A stretch of 64,000 nucleotides of DNA from an uncultured Alistipes sp. (GCA_937911745.1 CALDPX010000067.1:5721-69720); one strand, 5' to 3'. Shown: positions 51,477 to 61,083, numbered from the stretch's first letter. Numbers and translations: made by a program. Notes: a model not told the origin generated them from the letters alone.

Positions 51477-51554
51477 TTTAGTAAGAATTATTAAGTTAAA
51501 CTCGTTGTTTCTCAAATTCTTACTACCCGCACCTCGATAGTGATTAATAAACAC

Positions 51555-51722
51555 AAAGAAAGCGTGGTGCTGAAAGACTTATTTTAGCAAGATGGGTTCT
51601 GGTAAAACCTTGAAGATAAATAAGCAACAGCCCACGCCTATACCCATTGCAGGGTACAGCGTGAGAAGATGTCTGCTCATTCTCTCTTCAAAATTTACCA
51701 GATTTATCTTGCGAGAATAAAC
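51555..51722 (-). ncRNA. Candidate structured leader RNA containing a 33-codon sORF (51680-51579)
   Basis: Nested complementary blocks (see findings); upstream TATATTTG -7 box at 51755-51762 (-). Confidence 0.55.
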
Positions 51723-51777
51723 TTACACTTTCCGCGTAAAATCAATATGTTAGCACAAATATAAGCATTTATTCCAT

Positions 51778-51825
51778 AATTTTGAATTTTGAATTCTTAA
51801 TTTTGAATTTTTATCGGTATCTTTG
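51778..51825 (+). promoter_or_regulatory. dnaX promoter with an AATTTTG heptamer array
   Basis: TATCTTTG at 51818-51825 preceded by 4-5 partly degenerate heptamers. Confidence 0.65.
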
Positions 51826-51857
51826 TGAGGTTATACCTCACAACAACAAGAGTAGAG

Positions 51858-53657
51858 ATGGACAACAACTTTATTGTTTCGGCACGAAAATACCGCCCAC
51901 AGACCTTCGAGTCGGTGGTGGGGCAGAGTCACGTCACCACAACGCTCAAAAATGCCATAGCGCGAGGGCAGTTGGCGCACGCATACCTCTTTTGCGGACC
52001 CCGAGGAGTCGGCAAGACCACCTGTGCGCGTATCTTTGCCAAGACCATCAACTGTCTTAATCCCACCGCCGAGGGCGATGCTTGCGGCGAGTGCGAGTCG
52101 TGTCGCAGTTTCGATGAGGGCAGGAGTTTCTCGATTCACGAGCTCGATGCCGCATCGAACAACTCGGTGGACAACATCCGCGACCTGACGGATCAAGTGA
52201 GGGTTCCGCCCCAGATTGGCGAGTACAGCGTCTACATCATCGATGAGGTGCATATGCTCTCGCAGGCGGCTTTCAACGCCTTCCTCAAAACGCTCGAAGA
52301 GCCACCACACCACGCCATTTTTATTCTCGCAACAACCGAGAAGCACAAGATTATACCCACCATCCTCTCGCGCTGTCAGATTTACGACTTCCAGCGCATA
52401 CGCATCGAGGACGCTGTGGAGTACCTCAAACTCATCGCCACACGCGAGGGTGTCGCCTTCGATGACGAGTCGTTGCACCTTATTGCCCGCAAGGCTGACG
52501 GAGGTATGAGGGATGCTCTGTCGATGTTCGACAAGGCGGTGTCGTTCTGCGGCGGTAACTTGGAGTACAAAGAGGTGGCAGCAACGCTCAACGTGCTCGA
52601 CTACGACACCTACTTCGGCATTACCGATGCGCTGGTGGCGGGCGACTACAAGAGTGCGCTTCTCTCCTTCGATGAGGTGCTCAAAAAGGGCTTCTCGGGG
52701 CAGAGTTTTGCCTCCGGATTGGCTACGCATCTAAGAGATTTGCTGATGTGCAAGGAGCCTCAGACTATGAGCCTCTTGGAGATTAGCGGCTCGTTGCTCG
52801 ACCGCTACAAACAGCAGAGCGCACGTTGCGACATAGGATTCCTCTTTGGTGCTGCGGCACTCCTCGGCGAGGTCGATGGAGGATTTCGCACCGCCACCAA
52901 CCAACGACTGCACGTTGAGTTGGCACTGATGAAACTTGCAGGGCTCGGTCAAAAAAAAACTCTTGATGTAAGCGACAAGCCCTCGTTGCCACCACTCGTC
53001 AAGGGCGAAACGAGTGCGCCACTGCCCACACAGGCTCAACAAGTTGCGCCTGCGCTACAATCCGCACCACAACCCACCGTTGCACCTAAGGTGGAGGTTG
53101 CTCCCGCACAGCCTGCGGCACCACAGCCTGCACCACAACACACACCTCAGCCCGCTGTCGCGCCCACACCCGCACCCCAAGTGGCACAAGCACCCACTGC
53201 CGCTGCCACAAAGCCCAAGAGGGGCTTGTTTGGTGGCTCCATAAGTGCCATTATGAGCGGTCAGAAGAGTTCGGAAGAGGAGGAGAAAGTTACCTACTAC
53301 GACCCCTACGCACAGCAGAAGATAACCAAAGGTTGGGAGGCTTTTATGGAGCGTATGATGGTGGAGCACCCCCGTATGGGACACGCACTGAAAAAGACCA
53401 TCGTGAATGGTCACACCCTTGCGCTGACGGTTACCACGGAGATTATTCGTGACGAGCTGATGCGCAACCAAAACGAGATAACGACACTCTTGCAGGAGGC
53501 TTGCGGCTTGGAGGGTAGCATTGTGCTTGATATTACGGTTAGCACCGCCAAGGAGGACAACACACCACACAGACCGATGGACAAAGTGCGCTTCCTCGTG
53601 GAGCAAAACCCCGAACTGAACACGCTGATTCAGGACCTCGGCTTGGACGTGGAGTAG
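51858..53657 (+). CDS. dnaX: DNA polymerase III subunit gamma/tau
   Basis: ATG at 51858; ARKYRP, GPRGVGKTT, zinc-binding Cys cluster, DEVHM, KTLEEPP, SRC; Pro/Ala/Gln linker; A9 tract at 52951-52959. Confidence 0.98.
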   Translation: MDNNFIVSARKYRPQTFESVVGQSHVTTTLKNAIARGQLAHAYLFCGPRGVGKTTCARIFAKTINCLNPTAEGDACGECESCRSFDEGRSFSIHELDAASNNSVDNIRDLTDQVRVPPQIGEYSVYIIDEVHMLSQAAFNAFLKTLEEPPHHAIFILATTEKHKIIPTILSRCQIYDFQRIRIEDAVEYLKLIATREGVAFDDESLHLIARKADGGMRDALSMFDKAVSFCGGNLEYKEVAATLNVLDYDTYFGITDALVAGDYKSALLSFDEVLKKGFSGQSFASGLATHLRDLLMCKEPQTMSLLEISGSLLDRYKQQSARCDIGFLFGAAALLGEVDGGFRTATNQRLHVELALMKLAGLGQKKTLDVSDKPSLPPLVKGETSAPLPTQAQQVAPALQSAPQPTVAPKVEVAPAQPAAPQPAPQHTPQPAVAPTPAPQVAQAPTAAATKPKRGLFGGSISAIMSGQKSSEEEEKVTYYDPYAQQKITKGWEAFMERMMVEHPRMGHALKKTIVNGHTLALTVTTEIIRDELMRNQNEITTLLQEACGLEGSIVLDITVSTAKEDNTPHRPMDKVRFLVEQNPELNTLIQDLGLDVE

Positions 53658-53660
53658 GTT

Positions 53661-53736
53661 CGAATTGAAAATTGAGAATTGAGAATTGAGAGTTGGGAGT
53701 GACAGGAATAACAGGAGCGACAGGAGAAACAGGGAA
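53661..53736. repeat. AATTGAG-type heptamers followed by four ACAGGAxxx nonamers
   Basis: Read directly downstream of the dnaX stop. Confidence 0.7.
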
Positions 53737-53978
53737 GTTTGAGAGCAGATTTTTTCGGGGAGGTGTGAGGCTCTCCGAAGGAGAGTGGCAGACGAAATAG
53801 GAGCCCTCTCAAACTTGTTTGAAAGAGGGCTGCTATTTTGGCTGCTATACTATCTGCGAAAGATAGCCACACCTCACCGCAAGGGCTGCACTAAAAGTTT
53901 TTGGTAGCACCTTTTTACAAAAAGGCGTCAGAATGACGCTTTTGTGATAGGAATGCTAATATAAGGCGTAGCAAAGGT

Positions 53979-54034
53979 AAAGCGATACGCAGTATCGCAT
54001 AAAAGTTTTTGGGCGACTTTTTACAAAAAGTCGC
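53979..54034 (+). repeat. 56-bp double-hairpin repeat, copy A (tyrS leader)
   Basis: 54/56 identical to the reverse complement of 56092-56147. Confidence 0.85.
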
Positions 54035-54078
54035 AAGAAGAAAAAGAACAACAAACAACAAATAATAAAGGAAGAAAG

Positions 54079-55374
54079 ATGGCAAATTTTGTAGAAGAAC
54101 TCAGGTGGAGGGGTATGATTCAGGATATGATGCCCGGTACTGAGGAGCAACTCGAAAAGGAGATGACAACCGCCTACCTCGGCATTGACCCTACGGCAGA
54201 CTCTCTGCACATCGGTCACTTGGTGGGTGTTATGATACTCAAACACTTGCAGAGGTGTGGTCACAAACCCATCGCCTTGGTGGGTGGTGCTACGGGTATG
54301 ATTGGCGACCCTTCGGGCAAGTCGCAGGAGCGTAACCTCTTGGACGAGGCCACGTTGCGCCACAACCAGGAGGCCATTAAGGCTCAACTTGCGCGTCTTA
54401 TCGACTTCGATAGCGACGCTCCCAATGCAGCAATCCTTGTGAACAACTACGACTGGATGAAGGAGTTTTCGTTCTTGGAGTTCATTCGCGATGTGGGCAA
54501 ACACATTACCGTTAACTATATGATGGCTAAGGACTCGGTGAAGAAGAGGTTCAACGGCGAGGGCGATGGTATGTCCTTCACGGAGTTCACCTACCAGCTG
54601 GTGCAGGGCTACGACTTCTACCACCTCTACGAGGCTCACGGCTGTAAGTTGCAACTTGGCGGTAGCGACCAGTGGGGTAACATCACCACCGGTACGGAAC
54701 TCATCCGCCGCAAGAAGGGTGCTACGGATGCTTATGCGCTGACCTGCCCCCTGATTAAGAAGGCTGACGGTACCAAGTTTGGCAAGACCGAGAGCGGTAA
54801 CATCTGGCTCGATGCTCGCTACACTTCGCCCTATAAATTCTATCAATTTTGGCTCAATGTGAGTGACGAGGATGCCAAGAGTTATATCAAAATCTTCACA
54901 TTCCTCGACAAGGAGACCATCGACAACCTCATCGCCGAGCACGAGGCAGCACCCCACGAGCGCAAACTCCAAAAACGCTTGGCAGAGGAGATTACAGTTA
55001 TGATTCACTCGCGCGAGGAGTACGAGAAGGCTGTGGCAGCCAGCGGCATCCTCTTTGGCTCGAATGCCGGCGAGGCTCTGAAATCCATCGACGAGGCGAC
55101 CTTCTTGCAGGTCTTTGAGGGTGTTCCTCAGTTCAAAATTTCGGCTTCTGAGTTGGCTGAGGGCGTAGATTTCCTCACGCTGTGTGTGGAGAAAGCCCCC
55201 GCATTCCCCTCGAAGGGCGAACTGAGGAAACTCATTCAGGGTGGCGGCGTGTCGCTCAACAAGGAGAAAGTTGCTGACCCCTATATGGTTGTGAACAACG
55301 ACAACCTCATAGCCGGCAAGTATCTCTTGGTGCAGAAAGGTAAGAAGAACTACTACATACTCATTGCCGAGTAG
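54079..55374 (+). CDS. tyrS: Tyrosine--tRNA ligase
   Basis: [48 protein letters not shown]-terminal S4-like domain. Confidence 0.99.
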   Translation: MANFVEELRWRGMIQDMMPGTEEQLEKEMTTAYLGIDPTADSLHIGHLVGVMILKHLQRCGHKPIALVGGATGMIGDPSGKSQERNLLDEATLRHNQEAIKAQLARLIDFDSDAPNAAILVNNYDWMKEFSFLEFIRDVGKHITVNYMMAKDSVKKRFNGEGDGMSFTEFTYQLVQGYDFYHLYEAHGCKLQLGGSDQWGNITTGTELIRRKKGATDAYALTCPLIKKADGTKFGKTESGNIWLDARYTSPYKFYQFWLNVSDEDAKSYIKIFTFLDKETIDNLIAEHEAAPHERKLQKRLAEEITVMIHSREEYEKAVAASGILFGSNAGEALKSIDEATFLQVFEGVPQFKISASELAEGVDFLTLCVEKAPAFPSKGELRKLIQGGGVSLNKEKVADPYMVVNNDNLIAGKYLLVQKGKKNYYILIAE

Positions 55375-55387
55375 GTTATCATCATCC

Positions 55388-55432
55388 AAACGACACCGCC
55401 CCGCACATTCATCGTGCGGGGCGGTGTTGTTT
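55388..55432. terminator. Bidirectional terminator tyrS/folE
   Basis: ACACCGCCCCGCAC-ATTCATC-GTGCGGGGCGGTGT between convergent genes. Confidence 0.8.
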
Positions 55433-55448
55433 ATGGTATGAAGGTGGG

Positions 55449-56045
55449 CTAATGCAGTTTTGCCCCTATCAGTTCGAGGAACTCTTGGCGTGTTTCGTGG
55501 TGGTTGAGGAAAGCACCGCTAAAAGCCGAGGTGGTTGTTATGGAGTTCTGCTTCTGCACACCCCTCATCTGCATACACATATGCGCAGCCTCAATAACCA
55601 CAGCCACACCCAGCGGGTTGAGCGTCTCCTGTATGCAGTCGCGAATCTCCATAGTGAGCCTCTCCTGCACCTGCAAACGGCGAGCAAAACTCTCCACACA
55701 GCGGGGAATCTTCGACAAGCCAACAATTTGCCCATTGGGGATATAGGCAATGTGAGCCTTGCCATAGAAAGGCAACATATGGTGCTCACACATCGAATAG
55801 AGTTCGATATCCTTCACTATGACCATCTGGCGATAATCCTCCTTGAAAATCGCAGAGCGCAAAATCTCGGCAGGCTCCTCAGCATAGCCCTTAGTCAAAA
55901 ATTGCATACACTTGGCAACCCTCTCGGGGGTCTTAACAAGCCCCTCGCGCTCGGGATTCTCTCCCAACAGGCGCAATATCGCCTCGTAGTGCTCCATAAG
56001 TTCCGCCGTAACCTCTGGCGAATAAATCTCTTCTCGTTTGTACAT
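55449..56045 (-). CDS. folE: GTP cyclohydrolase I
   Basis: [39 protein letters not shown]. Confidence 0.98.
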   Translation of the reverse strand: MYKREEIYSPEVTAELMEHYEAILRLLGENPEREGLVKTPERVAKCMQFLTKGYAEEPAEILRSAIFKEDYRQMVIVKDIELYSMCEHHMLPFYGKAHIAYIPNGQIVGLSKIPRCVESFARRLQVQERLTMEIRDCIQETLNPLGVAVVIEAAHMCMQMRGVQKQNSITTTSAFSGAFLNHHETRQEFLELIGAKLH

Positions 56046-56091
56046 TTTATGTTAGTGTTTTTAGTCTTCCTTTTTTCGCGACTTTTTCTTC

Positions 56092-56147
56092 GCGACTTTT
56101 TATAAAAAGTCGCCCAAAAATTTTTATGCGATACTGCGTATCGCTTT
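56092..56147 (-). repeat. 56-bp double-hairpin repeat, copy B (folE leader)
   Basis: Inverted copy of 53979-54034. Confidence 0.85.
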
Positions 56148-56181
56148 CTCATCCACTTCACGAGTGGGTTTTGTGGAAGGA

Positions 56182-56262
56182 TTTTTGCGCCAAATTCGGA
56201 GAGGGAGTCCGCAGTTTACAAGGCGTAAATGAGGAACTCACTATCTGAATTTGGTGCAAAAA
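56182..56262 (+). repeat. REP-like hairpin family, copy 4 (extended arms)
   Basis: TTTTTGCGCCAAATTCGGA...GAGTCCGCAGTTTAC-AAGGC-GTAAATGAGGAACTC...TCTGAATTTGGTGCAAAAA. Confidence 0.7.
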
Positions 56263-56283
56263 GCACCCATAAGGCACACTCGG

Positions 56284-56556
56284 CTACCCCAGAACTGCGA
56301 GTATATCCGACTGTTTCATAATAAGGTAGTCCTCGCCATCAAAGTGAATTTCGGTGCCGGCATATTTACCATAGAGCACCTTGTCGCCCTCTTTGACCTC
56401 CATCTTAACCTCGGCGGTGCCGGGACCTACTGCCACAACCTTACCAACAAGTGGTTTCTCTTTTGCCGTGTCGGGAATAAACAATCCGCCTGCGGTCTTC
56501 TCTTCTGCCGGAGCGGGAGCAATCAGCACCCTGTCCGAAAGTGGTTTAATTGCCAT
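56284..56556 (-). CDS. groES: Co-chaperonin GroES
   Basis: IKPL.DRV, KTAGG..IPD.AKEKP, VAVGPG, KYAGTE, DILAV. Confidence 0.98.
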   Translation of the reverse strand: MAIKPLSDRVLIAPAPAEEKTAGGLFIPDTAKEKPLVGKVVAVGPGTAEVKMEVKEGDKVLYGKYAGTEIHFDGEDYLIMKQSDILAVLG

Positions 56557-56627
56557 AGTTTTTCGTGTTTTTATTATTGTTTTTTAGTTTCAGCGTAGTT
56601 TATTGTGCGCCATTTGCCCCATCTTTG

Positions 56628-56669
56628 AGCAACCTTTGTGCCAGACACCGCCGACTGCCAAAATGTCAG
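56628..56669 (-). promoter_or_regulatory. Candidate sigma54 (-24/-12) promoter and adjacent pseudo-palindrome
   Basis: TGGCAC-AAAGG-TTGCT (56643-56628) and CTGACA-TTT-TGGCAG (56669-56655). Confidence 0.7.
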
Positions 56670-56682
56670 CCGATGCTATCGG

Positions 56683-58296
56683 CTACTGCTCCGAGAGGAT
56701 TTCCAACGCTTTCTGTATACTCTCGTCGATCGGCTCAATCTGAGAGAAGTAGCCTACATCCTGCAACTCCGTATTGCGGGCAATGTAGGCGCGAAGCATC
56801 GAGCGTAGCAACTTCTCCGATTTGCGTATCTGCTTCCACTCGGGCTTCACACCCTTACTCTCGGCATATGCCACAAAGTCCTCCAATAGCCTCCTATCGC
56901 CATCGAGAAAATCGTTGAGTTCCTCTACGCTCTTTATGGCGTTAATCTCGCTACGATGGCGGTCGGCATAGTCCAGCGTGTAGCGATAGAGCACATTGAG
57001 TCCCGTTGCGGCATAGTAGTATGGAGTCATATCGAGCGTATCGATAGGCACAAAGACATCTGGCATAATGCCACCGCCGCCATAGACCACCTTACCCTTA
57101 GGTGTGGTGAATTTCAGCGAGTCGGCAAAACGTATGCTGTCTGCCGAGAACATCTCGCCCTTCTCATAGCGGTGGATGATGTCCAAGAGGTAGTCCTCCT
57201 CGCCCTTGTCGTAGGGCTTTTGAATACAACGCCCTGTGGGGGTGTAGTACCTTGCAACGGTCATCCTCACTGCCGAGCCATCGGCAAGAGGTATCTGACT
57301 CTGCACCAAGCCCTTGCCATAAGAGCGGCGACCTACGATAGTACCTCGGTCGTTGTCCTGCAAGGCACCCGCAAGGATTTCGCTCGACGAGGCACTATAA
57401 TCGTCAATCAGCACCACCAGCGGGATGTCGGTCAGTGTTCCGCCACCCGTACTATACTCCTTCTGCTGGTTACCAGCCCTATCTTCGGTGTAGACGATGA
57501 GTTTACCCTCGGGCAAGAACTCGTTGGTCATACGGATTGCTTGGTCGAGGTAGCCGCCCGAGTTGCTGCGGAGGTCGAAGATAAGTTTTGTCATACCCTC
57601 CTCTTTGAGTTTTGCTACGGCTTCGAGAAATTCGCGGTGGGTGGTACGGGCAAAACTTGTGAGCCTTATGTAGCCCACTTCGGGGCGCAACATAAAGGCT
57701 GCATCTATGCTGTGCAGGGGTATTTTATCCCTCACGATATCCACCTCAACGAGTCCTTCTACGTTATCCCTCACGATGCCTACCTTCACTTTGGTGCCAC
57801 GCTTACCTCTGAGGCGTTCTATGACCTTGTCTTGCTCAATTTTGCGCCCTGCAATGGTATCTCCATCTACGGTCACAATCCTGTCGCCCGGCAGCACACC
57901 CGCCTTATAACTCGGACCGCCTGCCACCGTATTGAGCACCACCACCGTATCGGTAGCCATATTAAAGACCACACCAATGCCGTCAAACTCCCCCTCCAAT
58001 GGCTCGTTGACAGCCTGCAAATCCTCCAAAGGGATATAAACCGAGTGGGGATCGAGCCCCACGAAGAGTTCGTGCATCAGTCGCTCCACGATGGTGTCCG
58101 TATCTACGGGATCGAGGTAGTGTCGCCCAACAAGCGAGAGCGTATAGTCCAACTTGCTTGCTGTGGGGGTGTGGAACGATTGCTGTGCGGAGGGTTTGGG
58201 ACGAGCCGAAGAGATGGTATAGCCCATCCACACTCCCAGAGCAATAAGAGCGGCTGCCACTGCGGGCAACCAAAGAGTGAGTTTATCGCGTTTCAT
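56683..58296 (-). CDS. S41 family C-terminal processing peptidase (second paralog)
   Basis: LDPHS, G.F.GIG PDZ, DLRSNSGG, SASSSEILAGALQDNDRG, SYGKGLVQ. Confidence 0.95.
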   Translation of the reverse strand: MKRDKLTLWLPAVAAALIALGVWMGYTISSARPKPSAQQSFHTPTASKLDYTLSLVGRHYLDPVDTDTIVERLMHELFVGLDPHSVYIPLEDLQAVNEPLEGEFDGIGVVFNMATDTVVVLNTVAGGPSYKAGVLPGDRIVTVDGDTIAGRKIEQDKVIERLRGKRGTKVKVGIVRDNVEGLVEVDIVRDKIPLHSIDAAFMLRPEVGYIRLTSFARTTHREFLEAVAKLKEEGMTKLIFDLRSNSGGYLDQAIRMTNEFLPEGKLIVYTEDRAGNQQKEYSTGGGTLTDIPLVVLIDDYSASSSEILAGALQDNDRGTIVGRRSYGKGLVQSQIPLADGSAVRMTVARYYTPTGRCIQKPYDKGEEDYLLDIIHRYEKGEMFSADSIRFADSLKFTTPKGKVVYGGGGIMPDVFVPIDTLDMTPYYYAATGLNVLYRYTLDYADRHRSEINAIKSVEELNDFLDGDRRLLEDFVAYAESKGVKPEWKQIRKSEKLLRSMLRAYIARNTELQDVGYFSQIEPIDESIQKALEILSEQ

Positions 58297-58302
58297 CTAT
58301 GA

Positions 58303-59292
58303 CTATTTGTTTCGGAATTTGTAGGTCAAGCCCAGCGTTGCCGAGTATTGGTATTGCGCCCGAGGACTTGCCGATTCGAGGTAATAAATCACTCCATAGA
58401 GTTTTATGGAGAGGTACTTCGAGAGGCTCAGGTCGAACCAATTATCCCACCTTACGGTTGGTGGCGAAACGAGGTTCGTAAAGGCATAGAGAGTCGAGCG
58501 ATAGCGCATCCTCTCGCCCCAAAACTTCTTATCAAAGGATACATTTATGGAGGGACCTATCGAGCTAAATACCCTCTTGCCCGCAGGCACACCGTTGAGT
58601 CCCTGCTCGTAGAGCCTATCGTCCAACATCGTAATCATATTACCCGATATGGGCGAGAGCGTCACTTTGTAGGGCGCACCGCTTGGCGCATAGGTAAAAC
58701 CGACCGACACGTCCAAATAACCGGGCGAGAGCACTGCCGAGATGAGCGTTTGGTCGGTGCGCGAGGCAAAGCCGTCGCCAAATTGTGTGCGGAAGCCGAG
58801 CGTTGCCGAGTAGGACCACCCGCCCTCGTGCATATCCCACGACATAACCTCCGATATTTTAAGTTCATCGACATTCTTGAAGGGAGTTTTGTCGATGTAG
58901 TTCATACCATAGCGGGCGTTGATTGTCAAATCGTGCGCAAACTTGCTACGTTTGTAGCGGTGGTGTACAAAGAGCGTTGCAAGTCCCGAGAAAGTGTTGT
59001 CACCACCGGCTGTCCAATTCTCAAATTGGAGTGCCGAGGTCTGAAATGAGCCCTCAATCTCGAAGAGGTTGCGCTCCCTACGCTGTCGGTTGCGCTCTGC
59101 CACCCACGCAGCGTGGTCGTAATAGTCGTTGGAAAGAGTGTCGACCTTGTTGCGTGTGATACCACCCAAAGCGGGGACTCCTGCATTCTCCCTTTGGGGC
59201 TGCGCCCTGCGTATGGTGTACTGCGCCATAGCACTCTCGCTCGCAATCATTGCCAACAAAAACAACACCACATATTTCGTCGCTCGCAACAT
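58303..59292 (-). CDS. DUF3078-like outer-membrane beta-barrel protein
   Basis: Signal peptide; Q....NW.AGG, K.VD, F.TQF..G, SPGY...G, alternating terminal strand LGLTYKF. Confidence 0.75.
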   Translation of the reverse strand: MLRATKYVVLFLLAMIASESAMAQYTIRRAQPQRENAGVPALGGITRNKVDTLSNDYYDHAAWVAERNRQRRERNLFEIEGSFQTSALQFENWTAGGDNTFSGLATLFVHHRYKRSKFAHDLTINARYGMNYIDKTPFKNVDELKISEVMSWDMHEGGWSYSATLGFRTQFGDGFASRTDQTLISAVLSPGYLDVSVGFTYAPSGAPYKVTLSPISGNMITMLDDRLYEQGLNGVPAGKRVFSSIGPSINVSFDKKFWGERMRYRSTLYAFTNLVSPPTVRWDNWFDLSLSKYLSIKLYGVIYYLESASPRAQYQYSATLGLTYKFRNK

Positions 59293-59405
59293 TATAGTCT
59301 ATACCTATGATTACATAAGAATTATTAATCGTACAAAGATAACGATTTTAGTCGGATATTTGTATATTTGTAATAGAATTCAAAGAGTTAAAAACGAATA
59401 ATAAT

Positions 59406-60251
59406 ATGAAATACTTTGGAGCACACGTTTCGGCATCGGGCGGCGTAGATAACGCGCCCCGCAATGCACACAACATAGGAGCAGGCGCATTTGCTCTCTT
59501 CACGAAGAACCAACGCCAATGGTTTGCGCCACCACTCTCGGCAAAAGATATTGAGGCTTTCAGGGCAGAGTGTGAGCGTCTTGGCTATGCTCCCCACCAG
59601 ATACTGCCCCACGATTCGTACCTCATAAACCTCGGACACCCCGACACCGAGGGACTCGAAAAGTCGCGTGCATCCTTTATTGAGGAGATGCAGCGTTGCG
59701 AACTCCTCGGGCTCGACAGACTCAATTTCCACCCCGGTAGCCACCTCGGACGTATAGGCTTGGAAGAGAGCCTTGCGAGGGTTGCCGAGAGTATCAACAT
59801 TGCTTTGGACAAGACCAAAGGTGTGACGGCGGTGATTGAGAATACCGCAGGGCAGGGCACCAACCTCGGACACCGTTTCGAGGAGATAGCCTACATCATA
59901 GACCGTGTGGAGGACAAGTCGAGAGTCGGCTTCTGCATCGATACCTGCCACGCCTTTGCTGCGGGCTACGACCTCTCTTCGGCAGAGGCTTGCGAGAAGA
60001 CGTTTAGTGAGATAGACCGCATTGTTCCTCTCGACCGCTATTTGAAGGGTATGCACCTCAATGATGCTATGCGCCCCCTCGGTAGCCGCATCGACCGCCA
60101 CGAACGCTTGGGCAAGGGCGAGATTGGCTGGGAGTGCTTTGGGTATATAGCCCGCGATTCACGCTTCGACAATATGCCCCTCGTACTCGAAACCATCGAC
60201 GAGAGCCTCTGGAAGGAGGAGATAGCGGAACTATATCGACTAAATAGTTGA
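59406..60251 (+). CDS. nfo: Endonuclease IV
   Basis: [51 protein letters not shown] box at 59363-59370. Confidence 0.98.
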   Translation: MKYFGAHVSASGGVDNAPRNAHNIGAGAFALFTKNQRQWFAPPLSAKDIEAFRAECERLGYAPHQILPHDSYLINLGHPDTEGLEKSRASFIEEMQRCELLGLDRLNFHPGSHLGRIGLEESLARVAESINIALDKTKGVTAVIENTAGQGTNLGHRFEEIAYIIDRVEDKSRVGFCIDTCHAFAAGYDLSSAEACEKTFSEIDRIVPLDRYLKGMHLNDAMRPLGSRIDRHERLGKGEIGWECFGYIARDSRFDNMPLVLETIDESLWKEEIAELYRLNS

Positions 60252-60495
60252 GAATTGAGAATTGAGAGTTGAGAGTTGATTTTTTGTAAGGACTTTAAGG
60301 TCCTTAAAGTCCTTAAAGGACAAATAACGAGATGGATGCAAGGCAGGGGCGTAACGCCCCTTTTGTGAGGGTGGTCCTTTGCAAGTAAAAATCGCCAAGA
60401 GTGGAGATATTTTTGTGCCAAAAGAAGGAGCGGGCTCCGAAGTTTACTTAATCGTAAATGAGGAGTCCGCTCTCTGAATTTTGGTGCAAAAATAG
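60247..60495. repeat. Mosaic intergenic element (heptamers, nonamer palindrome, GGCGTAACGCC hairpin, REP-like copy 5)
   Basis: Several blocks shared with 62772-63180 and 56182-56262. Confidence 0.7.
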
Positions 60496-60499
60496 CCCT

Positions 60500-60931
60500 C
60501 TATTGGTGATTTTTTAAGAGGTCGCGGATTTCGGTGAGGAGTATCTCCTCTTTGGTAGGCTCTGGTTCGGGTGCAGGAGCGGGTGCGGGAGCAGCGGCAG
60601 CCTCCTCAGCCTCTTTCTTCTTGGTGAGTTCCGAAAGGCGATTGATGCCTTTAATGAGGAAGAAGATGGAGAGTGCCACGATGAGGAAGTCGAACACCTG
60701 CTGCAAGAATGCGCCATATTTCCACATTACAGGCTCAGCCTCACTGCCGAGGTTCACTGCCAGGTCGGTAAAGTTCACTTTGCCGATGAGCATACCCAGA
60801 GGGGGCATAATGACATCATTAACAAGCGAGGTAACGATTTTACCAAATGCGCCACCGATGATAACACCGACTGCCATATCTACGACATTACCTTTGAGCG
60901 CAAATTTTTTGAATTCGGACAAAAACGACAT
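60500..60931 (-). CDS. mscL: Large-conductance mechanosensitive channel
   Basis: [47 protein letters not shown] (-) at 60978-60985. Confidence 0.98.
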   Translation of the reverse strand: MSFLSEFKKFALKGNVVDMAVGVIIGGAFGKIVTSLVNDVIMPPLGMLIGKVNFTDLAVNLGSEAEPVMWKYGAFLQQVFDFLIVALSIFFLIKGINRLSELTKKKEAEEAAAAPAPAPAPEPEPTKEEILLTEIRDLLKNHQ

Positions 60932-61083
60932 AGTTTCGTGAGTTTAATGAGTTAGTGTAAAAAATATTTTGTTTGCGCAAATATACGAATATATTTTGCA
61001 AAATGTCAATAAAAGTTCTAACTTTACACTCGCACACACAAAGTGTGCAGACAAAAGAAGAATAACACTAACACTTTTGTGCA

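Noticed and set aside
53658..54078. T-box riboswitch in the 421-bp region upstream of tyrS
   Set aside because: No T-box consensus (AAnnnGGGTGGnACC) seen, and T-boxes are not typical of Bacteroidota; repeats explain the region.
60247..60325. Short repeat arrays as a possible CRISPR
   Set aside because: Units are 7-9 bp in tandem with no unique spacers, and there are no cas genes.
60405..60422. TGGCAC on the minus strand inside the mosaic repeat as a second sigma54 promoter
   Set aside because: No TTGC at the -12 position; it is part of the repeat arm.
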